Source of the DNA: Octopus sinensis
Lineage: Eukaryota
Length of the DNA stretch: 64,000 nucleotides
Assembly: GCF_006345805.1 (NCBI RefSeq)
Contig: NC_043009.1
Coordinates: 54,002,001-54,066,000, forward strand
Direction: 5' to 3'
The first letter of the stretch is position 1. Every line of letters starts with the position of its first letter. The position numbers and the translations under genes were made by a program. The notes below the pieces were generated by a model that made no database searches, was not told where the DNA came from, and was given only the letters and a program-made list of their open reading frames with translations. Positions 37,566-53,025 of the stretch are shown one piece after another.

Positions 37566-38832
37566 AATAAGAAACTTACAACCGGTGCTGGTTGTTTTCC
37601 ATCCAGTAATTAAACGGACGTTCGGTAAAAGATACGGATAGAATAAGCATCAGAAGGAAAAGAACGTACTCGAACCGATTTATGCGACTAAAAGCTTTAA
37701 GACAGTGCTCCAGCATGGACTCAGACAAATAACTAAAACACTCAAGAGAGCAAAGGGGGAAAATGAAAAGGAACAAATATAAAAACTAAAAACAAAACAC
37801 CAGTAATGATAAACCAGCATAAAAACAACTAGTCTCCTATACTTCATATCCCCAACACCAGAACAATATTTCACAATTTTTCTTATTTATTATTATGGAG
37901 TACATATCATAAAAAAGCCTCTATTTTCATTCATTGAAATATATTTTAATATCGTTGCTGTTACTTCTAATAATGAGATAGTGGTGGTGGTTCTTCTTGG
38001 TATTCCTTTTGTCATTCCAATTCACGTTTTTGTCGTTCACATTATATATGGGGGTTATGTCTGCATGTATGTATAGACACACATACACATGCAAATGTAT
38101 ATAGTTTCTATTTTTATTCATATTTCCTGTCCTACACATACTTAATAGTATTGTATTACACGGGCTGTATCCTTTGTCTGATTTGCTTCAAAAATCTTTG
38201 TAATGTCACATGTTCTCTTATTTTTATATTCGCATTTTCTGTTTTTTTACAGATTCATTTTACATCTTTTTTTATTGTGAATTTATTCCTATTTTTGGTT
38301 CTTTTTCCATTGACTATTTCTATATAAATTAGAAAAGGTTCCGAAAACACACTACAATCTGCATCCAATCGACATAAACAAAATGTTACCCGGGGCTTAG
38401 GCATTTATGCAGCAATCCCAAGGAGAAAATGCAGATAAATTTGTTGGTACTACTTATACAAATGCCATATCCCATTGATATTTGCGTATCTTCATTCGCT
38501 TTATTACATTTTGGCTAATTTTATTTTATTTCTCGCTACTTTATTTTCCACAAAAATATCTGATATCAATGATGTGTGTTTTGAGGCAGAAAACTCTGAT
38601 TGTAAAACAGGAAAACTGAATCTGTTAGCTGTCAGTCGAGATAATTGCATCGCTATGAAAACTAACAGGATATTTCTGTGTCATAATATAAGCCAGTTTC
38701 AGACAGGGCACAAGTCTCAGTGAAAGTAATATAGATATAAAAACGAAGTGCTTCTCTGTCTTGACTCTCTTCCTCTTCATCTCTCTCACTCTTCTTACAT
38801 ACATATATATACTCGTGTACTTATGTACAAAC

Positions 38833-38892
<60 letters not shown>

Positions 38893-38950
38893 TATATATA
38901 TATGTATATATTGATACACACGTGCATACACCCACACATATATATATATT

Positions 38951-38984
<34 letters not shown>

Positions 38985-38989
38985 TGTGT

Positions 38990-39065
38990 GTTCTTTCAGT
39001 TTCCGTCTACCAAATCCACTCACAAGGTTTTGGTCGGCCCGAGGCTATAGTAGAAGACACTTGCT
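38990..39065 (-). mobile_element. SINE family B internal fragment
   Basis: TTCTTTCAGTTTCCGTCTACCAAATCCACTCACAAGG...CTATAGTAGAAGACACTTG. Confidence 0.85.
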
Positions 39066-39167
39066 CCTTATTGCCATTTCTTGACCAGCGGCAGAGAACA
39101 TGCTTTATTGTATGATGCGTGTGGAATGTATGAGTTTGACATGTGAAATACACAGAAAATATATATA

Positions 39168-40002
39168 CGTTAGGGTATACAAAAGAAACCGGATTTTTGA
39201 AACATTTTATTCAGACGCGTTTTCTACTGTTGGAAGTAGTCCAGTATTTTGCCCAGACGCATTTTCTACTTTTGGGAATTAGTCCTGTACCTCTTGCGAA
39301 GTGATACATTTTATCGCCTCCAGTCACAGTCATTTTCCTTCGCCTCTTCCAAAAACAGCTTTCGTCACTCGTGATGACGTTGGAATAAAGGTCCGGATCA
39401 CCTTCCACATCTTCTTTCAGTCCATGACACGAATTCAGTCTGGTCTGCATTTGCACTTCCGTGAGCAAGCGAGGTACACATTTTGCAGCAAGTGTTTTCA
39501 TTCGGAATTCCCTGCTCAAAATTCGTTGGCAAGAACTCCAGGACACACCACTTATATCATTAAGTTCATCAATTGTTCGCTGACGGTCCTCCCAGATCAG
39601 TTCACGAATTTTCATGATGTATTCATTTGTTTAGGAGGTTAATGGTCACCCTGAAGAGGTGAGCCTTCAAGCGACAAATGAACATTCCTAAAGCGTCAAA
39701 GAACGACTCGTAAACTTGTGTTTTGCGCATGGCAGACTCCTTGTAAGCTGTTTGAAGCATGACAACTGTTTCAACTGCCGTTTTCCCTAGCAAAAAACAG
39801 AATTTCATAGAATCTCAATGTTCCTTCGTTTCAACTATCACAAAATCGAGGAACAGGGGGAAAAATACTGCAAAACAAAGACACTCCACGTGGCAGTATG
39901 ACCCCGCCTAGACATCTCCAGTCAGCCTCTAGCAGCGGAAGCCTGAACCACAGTAGGCTTGTTCCAAAGAGAACGTTTCCAGTTACTTTTGGATATACTT
40001 CG
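39168..40002 (-). mobile_element. Internally deleted mariner DNA transposon
   Basis: Transposase remnants KFCFLLGKTAVETVVMLQTAYKESAMRKTQVYE and EDRQRTIDEL...SCQRIL...AAKCVPRLLT...VITSDES, lost after the first catalytic Asp; decayed ~25-bp TIRs, each flanked by TA. Confidence 0.85.
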
Positions 40003-40074
40003 TATATTAATACATAGGTATACCTATTTACGTGTATGCGTGTATATACATACATACATATGTGCATATATATG

Positions 40075-40114
<40 letters not shown>

Positions 40115-42957
40115 CACACACACACACATATATATATGTATATATGTATATATATATATGTGCATTGTTCCTGTCTCTTTCTGAGTTTATGTGTATTCGT
40201 TCGTTTATATCAAAATGATTGTTAACCATTTGAAAAGTTATTTGGAGGGTTTCGATCGATATAATGGGTGTTCTCCATCAGCCGTTTGAATGTACTACAA
40301 AGGTGCTCCTTTCTAATGGCCTTCAATAAATTCGTGTTTCAAACAACCTAGAATTTTCTTGTCAAATTAAATATAAACATAAAACTAATACGAACAATGT
40401 AATCTATAAGTTGTAGGAATTTCATGATAAAATTTTATATAATCACTGTTATCAATGGTATAATGCAAATAATTCTCCTTTACTGAAGATTGAATCTCAA
40501 GAAGAAACAAGCGAATATCAACGGAATCCTTAACAACAACGACGAAATTCTCAAAATAATCAACAATAACAACAACAACAAAGTAATAATAATAATAATG
40601 ACAAAGAGGAGTGGGCGGAAGTAAGTAGAAGGGGAGGACAATGACGATGACGTGTACAATGGTGGCACAGCCGACGGTGTTAACTATGATGATGGTGATG
40701 ATGAAGACTATGATGGTAACCATAATAATTTTCAAGTAGCAACATCCACGCCTCACATTTACCTCATTGTTCAAGGCACACCTTAGTAACAGCAACAACA
40801 ACTACAATAATAATTTTCTTTTATATACTAATAATTCTTTCTTATTTAGGTACAAGGCCAGCAATTTTGAAGAGGGGAGTTGTTTGATACTCTCGATCTC
40901 AGCATCTCGCTACAAATGAATACTAATGGAAAATAATCATATGACATTTAGCTATGTAGATATCATATGGCTTATAGCTATAAAGCTTCACTGAAGGAGT
41001 CTCCACGAGTTCGTTTCATGTATATCAACCAAATATGTATATCAACCTTTCGACTTATGGTGTAATAGGTTTAAATTATATCTAGTTAACCTCTCAAATA
41101 TATTGGAGCTGTACAGCTGGTGTACTTATTGTAGCTCCAATAAATCAGTGTTTATTTCGACTCTGCCTTCTGTTCCATATTTGTGTTATTCAGACATATT
41201 GGATACGATATATTCGTTGTGCAATTTAATGTTTTAAGACGCAAGTCGTAAAACGGGAAAATGTGGCTGGTATTTCTGGCTCTACGTCACCAGCTAACGT
41301 TCCGACGACAGCTGGAGAGGTAATTAAATACTAGGATCAGTAAGTAAGATGTTCCATAATTTAATGTTAAATATTGTTAGAAAATGTTTTCAAAGGGCTA
41401 ATTCAACAATACTCTATTGAAATATATGTACTCAGCAAGAGAAGTAATATATTTTATATTTATCTTTCGAAAGTTTTGCATCATTTTGATTTCCATATCA
41501 TTCTGTATTGCAGTATGTAATCAAATATTGTGGATATTGACGACCTTCAATATGCAGTATCCTTTACAGAAATGGGAATTAATCAGCATTTTCGATTGCA
41601 TCTAGATTGATTGCTAAAGTCGCTATCTCTTTCGTATAATTCTTACGGTTTAGATATCTTGTTCTTGAATTTAAAAAAACATGCATAGTTTATGAAATGA
41701 TTTGTTGAAGTAGTCATGAGTCTACCAGTGGTCACAATACCTGTCAATATATGCAGCATACAAATGGTTACAGGGCGAAACCCCTGCATACATATACATA
41801 CATACATACATACACACACACCCAAGCATATATATATGTATACATACATGTATACATATATATATACATACATATATATGTATATATATGCACACGCATA
41901 TATATATGTGGATATATATATGTATGTATATACATATATACACACACATATATATGTATGTACATATATATATATATATGTGCATTTATATATATGCATA
42001 TATTTATATATATATATATATATGCATATATATATATGTATATATATGCATATATATACATATATATAGATATGTATACGCACATACACACACCACACAC
42101 ATATATATATATAATATATATATATAGATATGTTTAATAATATCAAAGGGTAGGCTGAAACGTCAGAAATTTCCATTACCAGTAGCGTACCAATAGACTA
42201 TATATTATTCATATAAATACAGTGTACATTTAAACGCACAAGAGGTATCCATCACAGGACTGCCTGCACGCAAGAAGCTGCGCTTGCGTGGTAGATTTGA
42301 AAAATCAGAACGTATATGCACGGGGCATATACTGGATTGCCTGATCGTGTATATATATTTAATCTAAGGTGTATCTGCTGAAAAAGGCTTCGCCTAGCAA
42401 ATTATTTTATTTGCTAGGAGTTAGATGGTACATGTTTTTATTTTTCATTCCATTCGAAATTTTATCCTTAATAGTGGTTTGTAATTTAACTGCCCTCTGT
42501 GTGTTCGTGTGTGAGTGTGTGTGTGTGTGTTGTGTGTGTGTGTGTGTGTGGTTTCAGTTTATTTATTTATTCTTGTTGTATAAATCCAAAGCCCTAAAAT
42601 TATGTTCTCTTCACGTTTAAGAGTTTTGCCCATGTATTTATTTTGGGATGAGAGATTTTCAATCGATGTCTAAGTGATATTTCTATGACGCTCGAAGGCT
42701 ATCAGGAATGATTTTAAGTCCTTCCAAATTTGTGCTTATATGTATATACTGTATAATTTGAAAATTTATTCAAGCTACAATATAAAAATCACTGTTATAA
42801 TAGTTCGCCCTCAGAGAAAGGATGTTACAATGAGCCTCCGCTTTATCAAGTATTATACCTTATGAAAATATCGTCCTAACAATTAGCGTCAAAGAAGAGC
42901 AGAGCATGGGAATAACACACTGAACCGCCCTTTCCTCTCTGCACGTAAAGACAGAAG

Positions 42958-43147
42958 AAATACCTATTTCTTTACTATCCACAAGGGGCTAAACATAGAG
43001 AAGACAAACAAGGACAGACAAACGGATTAAGTCGATTATATCGACCCCAGTGCGTAAGGTGGAATTTGAACGCAGAATGTAGCGGCAGACGAAATACTGC
43101 TAAGCATTTCGCCCGGCGTGCTAACGATTCTGCCAGCTCGCCGCCTT
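42958..43147 (-). mobile_element. SINE family A, internal deletion, with start of a second unit
   Basis: Head GGCGGCGAGCTGGCAGAATCGTTAG, tail and AAAGAAATAGGTATTTC junction; core largely missing. Confidence 0.85.
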
Positions 43148-44204
43148 TCATTGATTTATGAATTTTATGCAGACTGATTCTCTTCCACGTTTTCATGAAA
43201 TATACTAGAACAATAACTCTGGGATCATATAGAGTTCTCTAGAGAACCAAGAGTTTCTTGAAAAGTTAAATAACGAAACAAAAGGTACCATCGTTATAAA
43301 CTTCGGTTTGCTTAACAAGGAGATTCGAAACCGCCTTACGCAGCCATGTTTGTCTTTTGGAATGGTGTGAAAGATATATTTTTCTAAACAGTATTTTATC
43401 ACTTAGAACCCCTTTCATATCAACCCCTGTTGTTTTTTATGGCTCCGAAGAAGAAATCCCATATAGGCCGCACATAAAGATATTGTACCATGATGGTTCT
43501 TTCAGTCAATATGAGTAACTATGACTTCTTCACTCTATTTATTTCTGCCTATCTTTGAACACTAGCAACATTTATTTCACGCAATACCGGTGGAAATAAC
43601 GGCAAAACTCTAGTCTTTTGAAATAAACAGGGAACGGTGCAAGGAATAATGTGATCCTAGAAAAAAATCTATAGGACGGGTTAGAATCAGAAACGCCTTT
43701 GATCACATGTCCAATTCATAAGGACAGACCGAGGGCTAAGCAGAAAGCGCAACAAAAAAATTCCTACTAAAATTACTAAATTCCAAAGTAAATATCACAA
43801 TAGGAATCAGGAAAATCAATTAATATAGCAACAAAAACATTGCCAACGAAAAAAACAAAAAACATCTGTAGTAACCCCCATCATTTTAGCGACAGCAACG
43901 ATAAGGACAGGTAAAGAAAATAAATAAAACAGGCCACTAATAACGTAAAAGAAGCATTTATAACCCTTTCAAGGTTTGAAATCAATAAATTTGTTGATTT
44001 CTTTCATCGTTCCTTCCATCATCTCATCGATTTACTCTCTCGAAATCCCACTTTTCAATATCTAATGATAAATTTCGTCTTCGAAATATTCCCTCCCTCC
44101 CTTCTCTATCTCTCTCTACATATATATATATATATAAATATATATATATATGTAGATGTAGGTACGTACATATATGTTTGTATGAATGCATATATTTTTA
44201 TTAT

Positions 44205-44242
<38 letters not shown>

Positions 44243-44246
44243 CATG

Positions 44247-44278
<32 letters not shown>

Positions 44279-44283
44279 CATAT

Positions 44284-44352
<69 letters not shown>

Positions 44353-45685
44353 CCTCCCTTCATATTTCTTTTTGTTCTCTCTCTCTCCCAATTTCTTGCA
44401 TTTTCTATCTGTCACACACAGACACACACACAAACACTCTACCTCTCTGTCTATTTACCTATCAATTAATAACTATCTTCCTCTTTCAGTTTCTGTCACT
44501 CCTTTAAATTCAACCCTGCATTTTTGAAAAATTCTTTCATTATTACACCCATGCGATTCCATACACACACATACGCACCCACACACGTACATTTCACCCA
44601 TCCTTACTTTTCACAAACCCGGTACTTCTCGCCCTTGCAATATAGCTATTATCAAATTGTCATATGTGATTCTCAAACATACTGTATCATTAGGACGGCT
44701 TTCACGAAAGGAAATCAGAAATAAATTTTGCAGGATTGCTTTCCACATACACGTAAGTGTACGTGTGTGTGCATGTGTGATTTAGTGTGTGTTTGTCCGT
44801 GTAAGTATGCATGTGTGTGTGAGTATATATGCGAGTATACAGAAAGAAATACATATATAATATTATACATAATATAAAAGTATATATATCCATATATACA
44901 TATCTATACACACACACACATATATATATATGTGTGTGTGTGTATGTAGTTATATATATTTATATGTATGTATATATATATTTATATATATGTATTTATA
45001 TATATGATAGATGCATACATTTATATATATATATATATATATATATATGATAGATGCATACATGTATATACACATATACATATATATATATATATTATAT
45101 ATAATATATATATAATATATTCAAATACATACATATGTATATATGTATTCATGTATGTATCTATGTATGTGTGTGTGTGTGTTTGTGTGTGTGTATGTAT
45201 GTATGTATACGTGTGTATGTGTGCATTCGCATACACACATACACATATATATCTACCTACAACTTGCCCAGAAACGAAAACGTTAGACACATGTAAGTAT
45301 ATACGAAGGTATCCGTGTTTGCGTGTATAGTGCATGTATTATCGATGTTTCTTTGTATATTTCTGAAGAATATGTGCGTGATCAAAGCTATATTAATATC
45401 CACCATTTCTATATCTTAGCAAAGTGTAACACTGAAAGAACAATATCGCATAGCTTAATAATTCGCAGTTCACTTTTGTTTTGTAATTTCAATAAATTTA
45501 AACTTTTTTTTTGGCATTTTATTTTTTCTACATTTTTTTCCCCCATATAATTTATTTTTTTCCGTACTTTTAAAACGCAATTTTCAAAGATTTATTTCAT
45601 AACAGCTACGCAGATAACAATTACAGTAATAATAATATTAATAACAATACTAATAAAAATATTTAATACAAATGATAATGACAGT

Positions 45686-45758
<73 letters not shown>

Positions 45759-45852
45759 GTAATAATAATCCTTATTTTTAATATTGTCATAATTGTTATT
45801 ATCTACACCATCAGCATCATCATCAGCATCCTCACTATTGTTATTATTATTA

Positions 45853-46236
45853 TTCAGTAGTTTTATTTTTATTTTTATAGCGTGCTTTCACTTCACTACC
45901 GAGCGCAGCTCTGTGTGCCTTAGGTATGTGCTGTGATTTGTTGTGATGCTCTGATGGTTATTGTATGGAAAGTGTTCTGCGTAGGATGTGTGCAGTGCCT
46001 AGTAGTGCAATTTTCTGTATGTTATATGTGTTTGTAAGTCCTGCTGTTTTTGTTATGTATTTGTCTGAATATTTTTTTATCATGCCTAATGCACCTACTA
46101 TGATAGGAATTGTTTCTGTTTTCAGATTCCACATTCTAGTTACCTCTATTTCCAGGTCTTTGTATTTTGAGAGTTTCTCCATTTCTTTTAGAGACACGTT
46201 GTCATCTGCCGGTACTGATACATCAATTAGAAAACA

Positions 46237-46240
<4 letters not shown>
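45853..46240 (-). mobile_element. 5'-truncated R4/Dong-clade non-LTR retrotransposon (restriction-like endonuclease C-terminus plus 3' UTR)
   Basis: Intact frame KCFLIDVSVPADDNVSLKEMEKLSKYKDLEIEVTRMWNLKTETIPIIVGALG...QKIALLGTAHILRRTL; both ends abut (TAA)n in element orientation. Confidence 0.9.
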
Positions 46241-46272
<32 letters not shown>

Positions 46273-46313
46273 TTATATTATTATTATTATTATTATCATT
46301 ATTATTATTATTG

Positions 46314-46364
<51 letters not shown>

Positions 46365-46839
46365 TATTATTAATATTATTATTATTATTATATTATTATT
46401 ATTATTATTATTAGTAGTAGTAGTAGTAGTAGTTATTAGTAGTAGTAGTAGTAGCAGCAGCAGCAGTATTATCAGCTAATCCCCAAAGATGAAAAATTAC
46501 GTAATAACGAATGCCAGCAGAAGAAGTCGACAACAACGATAAGAACAAGAAAAACATGTCAGCCGTGAGAACATGAAGAGCCAAAAGAATAAGGAAGCAA
46601 AGATAAAAATTAATATGACAATAATGATAATTTTATTACTATAGTATTGTGACTATTATTATTAATGATAATAATAGCATGATGATGATGATGATGATGA
46701 TGATTTTAAGAACAAAACAATATTTCATGATTGAAATTATTTATTGCATTAAGAAGTTCTGTATTCATAGATTCAGATATGCATAAATACAAACATATAT
46801 TAGATGATACAATATATTTATCTATAAATATATGTTATA

Positions 46840-46908
<69 letters not shown>

Positions 46909-47045
46909 TGTGTGTATGTCTGTCTGTCTTTCTGACTGTCTATCTCAGCAGAAACGAAACATCGGATATCAGATAATATATAGCTAGGCAGTGACTTGCG
47001 TTTCAAATACTTGTAGGCATTTACCTATTTGTGTCTGTGTTTCTG

Positions 47046-47120
<75 letters not shown>

Positions 47121-47141
47121 TCCTACATATACGCATGTATG

Positions 47142-47175
<34 letters not shown>

Positions 47176-47221
47176 ATTTTAATCATACATGTGCACACAC
47201 ATATATACACATATTCGTATA

Positions 47222-47262
<41 letters not shown>

Positions 47263-47694
47263 GCACAAACACACACATACACATATATATCCATATATAT
47301 TTCTTATAAGTTTTTATGTGCGTGTGTAGCAGTCCATATGTCTATCGATTTAGCATATATATTATTTCATTTTCTTTAAACTTCTTTGTTTTCGCTCACT
47401 TGCTTCCCTGTCTTTCTGTTTATTCATCTTTCTCTCTCCCTCTCTCTCTCTCTCCCCCCAGCCCTCTATCCTTCTTTCTCTACATCTGTCTTTTCTATAA
47501 CCAATAATTATATATTCGATATGAAACTTCGTTAAATTGATATGGAAATTGAAATATTCAGGTGTGTATCGTCTTAGATGTTTTCGAATCCCAACATTAT
47601 ATTGCAAATGTTCTGCACATACGGACATAATGCATAATCACAAGGACTTATATTAATGTAAAGCAGTTCACTAATAATGCTGGCATAGATTTTA

Positions 47695-48520
47695 TTTTCG
47701 ATAAATGCGCAAAAGCAACTTTTAAATGGAGGAGGCGGATGATATTATAACTATTCGGCTTAATCTAGATACAACCATAAATCTACTAGAGCTAAAACCA
47801 ACTTATGAATAACTTGGCATGAGTGTTTGTGATGGTACCCAGCACGCACAAATGAAGGATAGGACTCGGAAGGCGTACTATGGTAGAGTAAATTTGTTCC
47901 CGAATACTAAACTGAACTTCAAGAAGTTCATAGGAGCTATTAACATTTTAGTTGTGCCTGTTGTACAATATTATTTCAATGACATCAGCTAGAACCTATT
48001 TGACCTACAAAGAATGGACACAAAAAGCAGGAAACTGCTAATGGACACTAAAATACACCACCCAAAGGAATAAAGCCAAGGAATGAAGTTGGAAGTGGGT
48101 TGATCCAACTATTACCCTCATATAAAGTGGCTGCAATTGGTATGCAAAAATACTTCAGCAAAACCAATGACTGTATGATGATATTGGTAAGAGAACATAA
48201 TTCCTAGAAAGAAAATCCATTTAACAAACGCAGAATGTAGCGCAGAGTTGTAAAATTAAAGAAATAGAGTACGCTAACGGTCAACTTATACCAACCAATC
48301 CATCCAAAACGAAAGCGAATGTAGGATTTAAAAACTTGAAAGATAAATGCCAACTGAAACTTCTACATGGTCAATACCCACTCCGCACGCAGGAATCGCG
48401 TATAGACCAATTACAAGCCTATCAGAAGGCAGAAACATACGGATTCAGTTTTGCTGCTAAGGTCCAGAGTCATTGCAGAAAAAGTTATCAAGCTAATAAC
48501 CACAAATAATGGAGCATGCT
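47695..48520 (+). pseudogene. Older R4-clade LINE, RT/thumb region remnant
   Basis: Interrupted translation FDKCAKATF / PTYE*LG / HAQMKD..RKAYYGRV / AINILVVPVVQY / MDTKSRKLL..HHPK / LLHGQY. Confidence 0.75.
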
Positions 48521-49448
48521 CCTAGTGAAAATTCTGCGATGCCCATGACTAAACAAGTACACGAGGATGACTGAAAAATTTATGCTATTTTTTAGAACAG
48601 CGTAAGTGGCTGAGAAATCCACAGACATTTGTGCAATTTATCTAATGCTCGAGCAGGATTAATTTAACCGATGCTCTTGCAAGGGGTTCCGTCACTCAAA
48701 GGACTTGGTTCCGCTCGAGGCTAAAATAATATACATTTGTTAAAGAAGTGCCATTGTATATTGGATCGAACACGGAGCTTTACGGCGATGAAGTTACCCT
48801 TTAAATAGCTATGTAGCAAGGGTTTTGGACTCACAATCGCGAACTCGAGGTTGCATTTCCAGGACCAGGTGGTGTGATGTGTTCTTGATCAAAACAATTC
48901 ACCTCACGTTGCTTTGCGATTGCGTCGAGCCCTAACGTGTAGTACACTTTCCAAAATCGATCCGGTGGAGGGACTGAGCTAATAAACAGCACATACGTCT
49001 GATCACTATTAACGAATTATTTGTGAAGGATGTTCGGCAAAACAGATGACACATTCGATAGAAGAAATGTGCAATATTTTTTACATTGCATTCACTAATT
49101 CAAAAGTATATTATTACAATTGAATGATTTCAAGATACAACAATATGTGTTCAAAATAGATTAACATAAAAAGTTATTTCGAAATGCTTTATTTATCATC
49201 CTGAAGTACATAAATGGAAAAAAGACATAACTATTACGAAGAGCATAATTCGGAACCCCCTTCACTTATCAAAAACGTTCATTGCAATATACGTGAAATT
49301 GATTAAGGGCAATGTAAAAAGAAATAGGGCATTTTTTTCTCTTCATTGTTATTTTGATATATCCTCGAATTATGTGAGATATTCTTAATATTTCTCTCTT
49401 TCTCTCTATCTACCTATCTATTTCTCTCTCTCCCTCTGTCTCTCTGTG

Positions 49449-49560
<112 letters not shown>

Positions 49561-50034
49561 GCTTTCTCTATCTCTCTCCGAATGTTTCTCTCTATACGTA
49601 CATCTGCGTGTGTGTCTCTATGTTTCTTAAATCAAAAGTTGGCAATCTACAATGTGTTCCTCCCAGCGCTGGGCTGTTCATGTCTTGCATAATTTTCAAT
49701 ATGATGGTAATCATATAACTATCGTCGTTATAATAATGTTAGGTGAGAATTATTGAAACTTCTTCACGAATTGAGTATATGAAATATCCCTAATATCCTC
49801 TTCTATTATTCAATCAAATATGCATACACGAATAATATAGCAACACACACAGAGACATAGACACACACTCGCGCACACATACACACACATATACATGTAT
49901 ATGTATGTATATATATATATATATATATATCTACAGGTATGTGTATATAGACAGACTGACAGACAAACAGACATACAGGCAGGCAGACAGACAGACAGAT
50001 AAATAGATAGATAGATAGATAGACAGACAGATAA

Positions 50035-50104
<70 letters not shown>

Positions 50105-51574
50105 TGTGTGGGTGTGGAGAGAGAGAGGGGATTGGAGAGGTAGACAGAAATAAAGGCTGACTCTGTTTTCGTTTCGTATCATTGCATTCTCATGACGTGA
50201 TATATTTATACGAATCTGCAACTTTACTTTCTCACCTTTTCCTATTTCGTGCACGAAGCATTTTTTCAGGCGATGGCATATATATGCGCTGGGTAAAATA
50301 TTACTACTATCTTTGAAGTCATGACATCTGTTGGAAGTGTAGAATATACCTGGTGGATATTTGATTTGCTTCGGGAAATTATATCTAATTGAAATATCCG
50401 TAAAGAAAATATGTTAGAATATATTCTGTCTCTTAAAATAGAATGATAGACTCACTTCAGCATTGTATAATCGCTACAAATATCTTCCTGAGACTACAAA
50501 ACTTCAATGACTTGCTACATCAATCGTCTAATATAACTGGGAGCTTAAAAGTAACGGAAACAACACCAAGTAAATAAAATGGATATTATTTAAAAGCTAA
50601 ATCATACACAGCAGAGAATATAATATATAGCCTATTCCAGACAGTTAATTTCAGTATAAAACATGTATGTATTGGGAGAGAAGAAGGAATAGCCTTTGCT
50701 AATTCAAGCAATATTTTCACGGGGCGTACGGGAAATATAATAATTACGATTTCTATCCGTAAAAGTACTTTTCATATATCTGTTATTACACGTGACGTTA
50801 GGCGTGGTGGCCTCTAGATGACCATTGATACAAATGTTAGTAATTATCCGCTCACAACGTGAAGCGAGATTAGGCGTATTCGTATGAAATCAAGGAGTAT
50901 GAATAGATATGAAAAATTCACATATATAAGTATATATAATTTATATTCTTTTTCATTCTTATTATCTACCATATATTTTGTTTTACGGAAATTTTGGGAT
51001 ACTTTTTGTTTACTTTTATTTGTATTATCAAAATGAGAGAATAAATTATAGCAATTTATTAAAACAGACTGCTTCTAATCAGTTGGTATATGCTCAAGGC
51101 AGGAAAAGGATATTTAGCTTGGAAAATAACGTTTACATTTATTATCATCTCGATGTAAATATTAAGAAGAAAATTTGGCTGCCTCCGAACAGGTACATCG
51201 CAATGATTATATATACCAATATCCATCAGTTTATTCAAATCGTCAATTTTAGCTTTTATAAATGCAAAACCATTTATCTTCATAGAAATATGGGGGTTTT
51301 GAAAATATGCTGTATACACATATGTACATTTACACACATACACACACACACACATACCTTTACACACATACGCACACAACGATATATTTTCATACATGTT
51401 TTATGTATAATTACACAAAAAAAAATATTGAACCTGAATTGAAATAACATTTGATATCAGCAGAGTAGAATATTTGCGTATTGTACGAGCAAAACTTTAG
51501 CACCAGCTTCGATGGTACGGCTACTGCGATCATCAAACGGCTATGTGAAACATATTTGTATATGTGCGTGTGTG

Positions 51575-51622
<48 letters not shown>

Positions 51623-51648
51623 TGTATATATGTGTATGTATGTTTATT

Positions 51649-51743
<95 letters not shown>

Positions 51744-51978
51744 GTAATAATAATAATAATATGAGGGAATATTATTCCAAACATACAGAGAAAACTTCGA
51801 TTTAGAATACTAAACGTTTATATTCTACCAAATATATAGGTTTTATTTATTATTTGCTCATTACTTAATCATTGTTATATTTTTTATCGTATATTTAATC
51901 TTTCTATAATATGTAATTTTTCTGAAAGGTATAATTTAATTTTTCATTATTGAATTGATAACAGGTGGATTTTTTCTC

Positions 51979-52024
<46 letters not shown>

Positions 52025-52044
52025 TATATATATATGTATGTATA

Positions 52045-52160
52045 TATAACGGGAAGCTTTATGAAAATAAACAAAAGACGAAGACAAGTGGAGTACAAAT
52101 AAACAATTGTATTAGTATGGCGCTCAGGAATATAAATAAAAGAAGTGACCGGAACACACA
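52045..52160 (-). mobile_element. Penelope-like terminal fragment (family of 17261-17422), HHR part absent
   Basis: ACGGGAAG.TTTATGAAAATAA.CAAAAGACGAAG...ATTAGTATGGCGCTCAGGAAT, next to (TA)n. Confidence 0.7.
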
Positions 52161-52517
52161 CTCAGGCCATTGAGATAAAACTATGATTCTGAAAAAAATT
52201 AGAGTCGTTGGAACAGAGCTTTTCCAGTCACAAATTGATCATTTCTGCTGGAAGATGATAAGGCAAGACTCAGCTGATTTACTTGTATCGTTCCTTAATG
52301 GCCTAAGAAGTGTTTACCGTTAAAATGGATTGTCTTGATTTATCTGTGTGATTTCTTTATCATATAAAATATGATTAAATTTTTATTTGTGTAATTCCTT
52401 TATAATGTACAAAGTATTTTATCTTGGAAATATCTGAAAGACAACATACTATACTAGCACCTATATATATATATATATATCTGCAGTTGCATCTCCCCTC
52501 TCTCCCTCTCTGGCTAC

Positions 52518-52585
<68 letters not shown>

Positions 52586-52905
52586 GGGTAAAATATGAAA
52601 TATCAACGAAAATGCACATTGCAAATAAGCCGGTGTTTTCAAAGCGATGAATAGTTTGCCGAAACCATGGTTCGCTTTGTTCTCTTACTTTATTATCATC
52701 TTATAATCATCTCATAATAATGGCTTTTATGACTCTTATTACTACCTCAGTCCATCTAAATGTGTATATTTGTCGTTACCTATCATAAACAGCCTTTTTT
52801 TATCTGCAATGTGCATTTTCGTTGATTTTTCACATTTTACCCTTACATTTCAACGTGCATTTTATATTTTCTTTTTGTAACATATTTCTACTATATATGT
52901 ATATC

Positions 52906-52954
<49 letters not shown>

Positions 52955-52957
52955 ATG

Positions 52958-52994
<37 letters not shown>

Positions 52995-53025
52995 ATGTAT
53001 GTATATATATATATATATATATATA

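Noticed and set aside
38475-38723. 82-aa ORF resembling a signal peptide plus Cys-containing peptide
   Set aside because: Starts at TTG, and the hydrophobic part comes from T-rich low-complexity DNA.
50844-50857. 14-nt match to the lac operator (TTATCCGCTCACAA)
   Set aside because: No flanking vector or lac sequence; most likely chance.
50978-51442. Overlapping 154-aa (plus) and 112-aa (minus) ORFs
   Set aside because: Non-ATG or microsatellite-extended, AT-rich, no recognisable domain or convincing splice sites.
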